Shown: in pieces, positions 55,521-64,000 of the stretch | How positions within the stretch are numbered: position 1 is the stretch's first letter | How the letters are laid out: each line of letters opens with the position of its first letter | NCBI GenBank assembly: GCA_964057225.1 | Contig: OZ059898.1 | Location: 5,332,001-5,396,000 of the forward strand | Direction of reading: 5' to 3' | DNA from: Auanema rhodensis | Lineage: Eukaryota; Animalia; Nematoda | DNA: 64,000 bases | The notes under the pieces: generated by a model | Seen by the model: only the letters and a program-made list of their open reading frames with translations | Database searches by the model: none | Told to the model about the DNA's origin: nothing | Program-made: the position numbers and the translations under genes

Positions 55521-56474
55521 ATGGCAAAGACAGGTTTGATAACCGACTTGGTGAATGAGTTATCTTTAACAGCTGGAACAGAATGGGAGGATGTGTCTCT
55601 TTTCACACCTTATTTGAGTCAGTAGTCTTATTCTTTTATTTTGAAACGTTTATCGTTTTAGCTGAGCAGGCTCTTCTATACGAATATGCTGATTGTTTAG
55701 CAACTCAAACGTTTCTTCGAATGGCGCAGTTACCTTATAGGGTAATACAGAGGCCAAATGCCGAATTCATTTCTCCGACAGGTTATAGGACTTTTTGAAA
55801 ATATGTCATTAAAACATTTTAGGCCAAATCCCATTTCTTAAAATTCAGAAAAAACTTGTATCAGAATTCAGTAATATTGTGGAATTTGTTTCAAGAAAAG
55901 GTGTTTCCTTGTCTTCGCATTTGCCAGAAAACCAAATTGCTGACATGAGAGCTCAAATGGCTGTGATTGATCATCTTCTTCGCAATGTCGAAGTAATTTT
56001 TCATTTTTCTCATTTCGCGGCATTCTTGTTTTTTAAGATTTATATTGTTTGGAAGCACGAGGAAACGTACACCAATGTAACAAAATCACGATTCGGTTCA
56101 GTATATCATTGGCCATTGAGCTCTATTTTACCATTTCTCAAAAAGAAGGAGATGCTAACAAAACTACAGGATTGTGATTGGCTCAATAAGGTTATTCATT
56201 GACATATTTGTGCTACGTTTAAAATGAAATTCAGACCATGGAAGAAGTTGTTGAGCAAGCTGACAAGGCCTTTCGTTCTCTCTCTTTTCAACTAGGAAAT
56301 GAAAAGTTCTTATTCGGTAATCAACCCACCGAAGCTGATGCATTAATGTTTGGACACTTGTTTACTATTTTAACACTACGTTTACCTGCCATGGATATCG
56401 CAAATTGTCTGAAAAAATATTTCAATCTCACAGAATTTGTTCAGAGATGCAATGTAGAATACTTCAAAAAGTAA
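55521..56474 (+). CDS. mtx-2: Metaxin-2
   Basis: QALLYEYADCLATQTFLRM, RPNAEFISPTGQIPFL, RFGSVYHWPL, LGNEKFLFGNQPTEADALMFGHL. Confidence 0.92.
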
Positions 56475-56590
56475 TGCTAGAAGTATAGGTTTTAGATGTG
56501 AAAAATATACTGAATCAAATAAATATACAAATTTTTATTTAAATGAAAATATCTTAAGCATAGTACATTTCAACGGAAGACTAGGAATGT

Positions 56591-59180
56591 TTACAATTTA
56601 CTGTAGCCGGCAAAGTTTTCGAAAACAATGTCTCTGTCTTTGCTAATTTTCTCATTGGTTATCCAGTCGTCTTTTAATACAACAAGCGGCTGTTCGCAGC
56701 AGAAGCTGAATAGGAAGTACATGTGGAACTTTCTTACATAAACTTACCGGTATGCTACTTCAATATCCGATTTCGATGCTCCAGAATCAGAAGCGAAGTT
56801 CACCAAAAGTGAACCTATATGAAAGGTTTGAATTTTAGTTCTTCGCTTTAACACTTACCGGCCCATAATCTGGCAATGGCAAAGGAAACATCTCTAGCAA
56901 CTGCATCGATTCTGGTAGAATCACGAAGAGCAGCATCACCAGCCTTTAACATGAGCTTTTCCAACGTTTGGAACGAAGTTAATATATTCTCTTTGCATTC
57001 GTTTAATCTTTTTTCACCTGAATACCACAATTAGGACATTTCCAACGAAAAAAAGTTTACCTTCATTAGTTTCTTTTAACAGAATATTCAAATATTTTTT
57101 AAGAGCCAATAAAACATTCTCTTTTCCAGAAAATACACGAAGCACATCAAGTGAGAGAACATTAGTAGTTCCTTCCCAGATAGGAGTTACTTGAGCATCT
57201 CGGAGAATAGAAGGGAGTCCAGTGTCTTCCATATATCCTTGCCCTCCAAAGCATTCAATACCTTCGGAAATGAGAGGAACACACTAAATATAAAAGGTGT
57301 CTTCAAAATTCTGATATTACCAAAAATACCATTTTTCCAGCATATAATTTTAAAACTGGGGTTATTAATCTTAGCATTATCGATTGTGTACCATCTGCCT
57401 TATTAGATTCCTAGAAAAGTAATTAAAAAAAGAAAGAAATCAAAAGACAGACCTGTAGTCCTAAAAGTTTAGCAGCTTCAAACAAAAGCATCACACATCC
57501 CCGAGTTTCAACTTCCATTTTAGACAATGTTGCTGTATGTAATGGCCATTTGCTTTGATGTTGTCCAAAAACACTTCGCCGAGTGGAATAATCACGAGCC
57601 AACGATATAATTCTAGAACAAAAGTGGTGTGCTTGAAAGAGGGAATTATTGAATTACCTCCTCATACCCGATATTGAAGCAACAGCATTATGAATTCTAG
57701 TAATATTTAACATATAAGCTATTCCTGGGATTCCTCGACCTGGTTCACCTATACGTTCAGCTTTACAACCGTCAAGAATTAGTTCTGCTGTGGGGAGCTT
57801 GAAAAGAACTTTCATGTTGATACAAATCAAAATAGTTTACCTGACGAGTGCCAAGTTTGTCTTTTAATCGAACCATTTGAATACCATTGAGGGAGCCGTC
57901 TTCATTTCGGATTCTGAGCAAAAACAGTGATAACCCTTTAGATCCCTGATAGTAGGATAAGTTCATTTAACTAAAATAAAGTTCAACGTTACCTGGGTAG
58001 CATTACCATCTTTATCAACTACACGTGCTAAAGTTAATGCAACATCTGCATCAATGGCGGAACTAAACCACTTATAGCCATGTAGACGATACTGATATAT
58101 TCAAAACACTCAACAAACAAAACAATATATAAGCCTACATTATCTCCTTCTTCTTGTACAGCGTATGTATCACATCCTCCACCAACATCACTTCCTCCTT
58201 TTTTTTCAGTCATCCATTGTCCACTGGTCCAAGCTTTATCACCGTCTCGGGAAAGAAGTCTGTCTATAGCTTCAGTTGCCGATTTATGAGTTCCATGAAG
58301 ATTCAAAGACTACAAAACGTACTGAAGCAATAAATACAAACTATTTACTTGTAGTGTTTTCACTGCGCCATCAGTCATAGCCATAGGACAAGTTGATAAA
58401 CCGGCAGATGGGGAATACAGATAAAGCTTTGCAATCTTAACAAAATATTCACATATAAAATCATATAATTTAATGAACCTGATGTAATCGTCTAATGTAA
58501 GGATCTTTAGATTTATCATATCCAATGGCTAAAACAAAGGTATAAAATTATTTCGCAAATTTGATTATACCAATTATTCCTTCCTCTGCGCAAATTTTCT
58601 TCAGTTTATACCATTCTGGAGCAACTTTTAGCTGATCCACCTAACATAATCAAATAAAATAACGATATTAGATGTAGTTCCAACCCGCTTTCCCCATGCG
58701 TCTTGTTGTTCAAGTCGAGGTTCATTCAACTCTGCTTCTCTGCCCAAAGCATTAATTTCGGAGACAACTCTTTCACCAAATCTATCCAAATCTTGAGCTA
58801 CCTAATAAAGAATATATTGTATGTTGCTTAAGCTTATTAATGGATTTTTTGAATACTAAGAATTTCAACTTCACGCACTCTGTCATACTCTTGCTGAGGA
58901 AGCATGCGACGAAGCAATCGTTCTAATAAAGGATCATCTTTAAACGGATTGTGCAAAGTAGGTCCCACCTAAATGAATACTTCTATTTTTCTTCCGTAAT
59001 CGAAGTATATAATTAAAATATAAAATGCAATAGAAAATTCTATTAAAAAACTATTTGACCTGAGTAAAATCTCCAGTTTGGGCATGCTTATACTTTGAAG
59101 CAATGGACGACATTCTAGAAAGTAAAACGTGACCAAATAAAATACTTAAACCTTATCAACCTAAGAGACGACCGGATCAT
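56591..59180 (-). CDS. acdh-11: Acyl-CoA dehydrogenase, AidB/ACDH-11 type
   Basis: [82 protein letters not shown]. Ends FAGYSKL*. Confidence 0.92.
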
Positions 59181-59845
59181 GATTGTCACACAAGTTCTTT
59201 TAACACACCTAATGAAGAGTCACTGCTGTACCCCTGGAGTACAAAGTACATTAGCTAGTACGAAGTACATTGTTTAACACATAATTTAACCAATAATATG
59301 CCCTAAAGTGATAAAGCCAGCTTTCTTTTCGATAAGATAATAATCTATATGAAAATAAAATTTCCCTTTTCTAAAAAATTTAGGTCATTGCGCAATTCGA
59401 CGCCCTCCTAATTCTCTAACTACTGGCAACGGTATTGATTATATGACAACAGAGGATAGAGAACTAGGAACAATACCGAAGTGAACAACAGAAAACATGT
59501 CATTACGATAAACTTCATAAAAACAAGAAATAAAAGAAAGCAAGTGTATGAGGAATACATCCCCTATAGAAATCTGAGCAAATCTTGATAAAAGATAAGC
59601 CACAAACATATCACAATATGTATAATATGTAACAAGGTCAAGAATGCAAGCAAACCTCCCAAATAAGTTAAGACTAGTAAGTAAGACACCAATACCCACA
59701 GGTTAATCTATACATAATGTACAATCTGGAAAAATAAATAAGTATAATATTATGTTTAGTGATCATGAGGAAGCATATTCGGCAAAGATTGGGGATAAAT
59801 ACTATAGAGAATGACAAGAAAGTGACAGAGTTCTTAACAATTATG

Positions 59846-60788
<943 letters not shown>

Positions 60789-61993
60789 TCAATGATCAAT
60801 TTAATAAAAAACTGTGAGGTAAAATACTCTGAATAAGGTAACCCTGAAAAAAATCATATTAAACAAATTCAACATTATATGAAAGAAATAAAAATATAAA
60901 AAATAGCAAGTAATTCGGAAAACAGAAAGCACGTAGGAAATTTTAACCATTCAGCTTCCCGTGTGAATATCGAAGAGAAATAAAAACTTCAAAAACACTT
61001 TAAAACTTGTTGAGAATTTTTGGACACACTACGAACACACCATCACATAATTTGCGCCAGCTAGGTATATGAGGTGTTGACGTGCTTCTGACATAGTATA
61101 GTTCAATGAATTGTGTGAAGAGATGGGCTGATGTCAGAGAGCTTAATATTGTTTTAGTTTTTCATAGTTAGTCTTTTAGGTTAAAATAATTCCCTTAATA
61201 TATTTTTCAAATCTCATTTATTTAATTATTATGAATGAATAAATATTTATAAAAATATACTTAATATGTAGGAATAGTTGACAAGAATATGACTTTCAAT
61301 TTGAGATAGAATAAGTGAACAACTGAGATTGTAAGAGATAACGGAGTGGATTTGAAGTGAAAGAATAGATGGACACAATTGCACCCAACCACATCGTATG
61401 ACAAGCCGTCAAGCAAAGCCAATGAGATTATTTGTTCAATTGGTGCATATTTCATCTAGAGCTTCAAAGCGAAAGCAGCAGTTTGACACTGAATTATTGT
61501 TGAGTTTCATTTTTAGAATGCGCATAAGTCGATGAGTACTCCCAGTTTCATGTTTCGTTCCCAGGGCATGGGATGCTTATGATATAAAAAACTGACAATA
61601 AGATGCCTTAAAAATGTTCTTCAAGTAATGAACAAGCAATATGGGAAATATAGAAATTTTATTGGTTCACTGTTTGATTTTCAGCTGGGTTTGTTAATGT
61701 TTGTTTTTTGTAAATATATATCTTTTTTTTTCTGGAATTCTAATGTTTCACACCGTATTTTTAATTTTTACTTTTTATGATTGAAAAAGGTTCTGTTCGA
61801 TGCGTCCACTTTACTTATCAAGGTTTACCATCTAGCTTTCTTATGCTGTTTTGCTTTTTATGGATATATCTAGACCCAATTTTATATATAATTTCAATTT
61901 TCTATGTCTTTTCTGATTTGAACAGGTAACTGAACAGATAAATATTCATTGCACTGACCAAAAAGGATTGCTTCGGCCTTTTGAACAAATAGT

Positions 61994-63143
61994 TTAATGA
62001 CGTCTGTATCCTCCAGCTTGAACGTTGGCGTTGGCATTGCGCTGTGGACATGGACAATATTCGGCATCCTTTCCTGGTTCTCCTTCCTCTCCAGCTTCTC
62101 CTGAAGCTCCTGGGGCACCATCGTCTCCCTTGGCTCCTTGTGGCCCGCGTTCTCCTGGTGGTCCAGCTTGTCCTGGGGCTCCAGTATCTCCCTATACATA
62201 TTCCATTACAAATGTTCCAATAATATTCTGTACCTGTGATCCATCGTCTCCTCTATCTCCGAGAAGTCCTGGAGTTCCCTTGGCTCCTGGAAGACCAATC
62301 TGGTGTTCGACATCCTCTCCTGGCTCTCCTTGGGGTCCTTCCTCTCCGATTGGTCCTGGGGCTCCGATTCCTCCGATGGTTCCTGGGAATCCTGGTTGTC
62401 CGTCTCTTCCTGGCATAGCGGCTTGTCCACGAGCTCCGCGCATACCACGTGGTCCTGGCTTTCCTGAGGGTCCTGAACATACATAATATATAATAAGTTA
62501 GAAAAATATAATAACCTGCTGGTCCAGCTGGTCCTTGTGGGCAGTTGAAGCATCCAGCGTATTGTTGTGTTTGAGCTTGAGCGTCATCAGCATCTTGTCC
62601 ATCATGTCCTGGAACTCCTGGGAGTCCGTCTGGTCCATCGTGTCCTTGTTCTCCCTTTGGTCCTGCGGGTCCGGCGGGACAAGTGTTATCGGCTTTGCAG
62701 TTGCAGCTACCGCTTGGTCCGGCTTAAAGATATAATAATGGTAATGATATAATTCGTAGTGACTTACATGATGGTCCGTCATTGAAGGCAGTGTTGCTAA
62801 TGGAAGGTGGGACTCCAATAGTTCCGGGAAGGTTGGCTCCAGAAGGATGTGGGCTTCCTCCTGATTCTCCTCCTGGATATGGTTGATCTCCGAAACCTCC
62901 TTGTGGTCCTGGGAATCCAGAGCGTGGTGGTGGAGCAGCATAACCATAAGCTTGACGACGAACACGACCGTACTTATTCATATCTCTCCATAAGGAGTCG
63001 GACTCAGCCTTCCAGGAATCCATCTCGGTGTCAAGTTCATTACGAATCTCACTAATCTCTTGAATAACCATTGGGAATGAAACCAAACAGGCCATAAGAG
63101 CAATGGCACCTAGGCCAATGGCTGCGCAGCCAGCCTCGTACAT
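61994..63143 (-). CDS. Nematode cuticle collagen
   Basis: N-terminal TM/cuticle-collagen N domain, RVRR furin-type site, Cys clusters, Gly-X-Y blocks, C-terminal YCPCPQR. Confidence 0.95.
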
Positions 63144-63254
63144 CTTAAAAGAAGAACTATGAATAAAGAAAAAAATTGATTCTAGTTTTAAAGTAATAAT
63201 ATCATATTGAGAAAACCTCAAGATGCAAATGAAGAAGAATGCGATTATTTCTTC

Positions 63255-63261
63255 TTTTATA
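63255..63261 (-). promoter_or_regulatory. TATA box of the collagen gene
   Basis: GTATAAAAG on the minus strand, upstream of a short non-coding exon whose intron ends right before the ATG. Confidence 0.6.
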
Positions 63262-63683
63262 CTGGCAGATCCAGAGGATGACCCACTTATGGAAATATGA
63301 CAAAGGCGGGACAGGTTTGATTATAGATAAGAGGATATTGCAAGGACATATGATTGCAATCAGGCAGGATCTCGGCAATAATATTGCTGATAGACGACAA
63401 TAAGATCTACTATATAGATCCTATCAAACCGAGAATAGAGAAAAGTGTATGGCAAGAATATTTATTCAATTTAAAATAATAAATATACAAATTTGATCAA
63501 ACTGTTTAGTCAAACTTCGAGCATTATTAGTTTATTATAAAAAGAGGTAAGACGGATGTAAAATTATTGTGCTCTGCACCAGCATATTAGTTATTTAATA
63601 TAAAGGAATATTTAATACATATAAAGTAGGAAGATAAGTAAACGAAATATATATATATATATACATGACTGGATTAACCATGC

Positions 63684-64000
63684 TTAACCGTAATATTCAG
63701 TATATTCATAATAAGCAGCATCTTGTGCAGCTTGCATCGAGTATAAGAAAGCAATAACGGAATCCCTTATACTAGTAGAACTTGTAGGAAAATGTCCTTC
63801 AATTTCCGGCATCACCTGCAATTTTCCAATATTTACAACATAAATAGGGAAAATAAACCTCAGATCTTGTGGCATCTTCAGGAACAGGTATACCGAAGAA
63901 ACGGCAATAACGACGAAGTGTAGAAAGAGGAAGAGAAGATAATACACTCTTAAGTTGTGGATACAAAAAAAGAAGATTTGCAAAAACTATTACCTTATAA
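63684..64000 (-). CDS. 3' end of an unidentified membrane-protein gene (partial)
   Basis: Open frame with a hydrophobic segment VYYLLFLFLHFVVIAVSSVYLFL after a plausible short intron. It continues beyond the window. Confidence 0.4.

Noticed and set aside
62025-62752. Plus-strand ORFs over the collagen, and antisense ORFs over other genes
   Set aside because: Shadow ORFs produced by Gly-X-Y codon periodicity or by real coding exons on the other strand.

Overview
AT-rich, intron-dense eukaryotic DNA from a rhabditid (clade V-like) nematode. Introns are mostly 45-60 nt with TTTCAG/TTTTAG acceptors. About 19 spliced protein-coding genes can be rebuilt by hand. In order: partial saposin-like gene, rib-2/EXTL3, ran-1 head-to-head with dyskerin, a 90-aa single-pass membrane orphan, myotubularin mtm-3, an HMG-box-like gene, an atypical class A GPCR, a ubiquitin-like/AN1 zinc-finger gene, svop-1, smcr-8, a basic/acidic orphan, an EGF-repeat membrane protein, a PEBP, DDX51, mtx-2, acdh-11, rab-30, a cuticle collagen and a partial membrane-protein gene. 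The less obvious signals are: (1) a divergent miR-87-family hairpin in an intron of an apparent non-coding host; (2) a 2.07-kb palindrome with 935-bp arms, built on a foldback element, that duplicates a gene's promoter and first exons and has a template-switch junction; (3) a hidden alternative-splicing cassette that could give MTM-3 several C-termini, one ending in a PDZ ligand; (4) a structured intron with a candidate poison exon in mtm-3; (5) a composite GC-rich module present twice; (6) a dyskerin with a probable GC-AG intron and a shortened C-terminal extension; (7) a PTS1 (SKL) on ACDH-11. Gene names come from motif recognition and recall, not database searches. Exon boundaries were assigned by eye.
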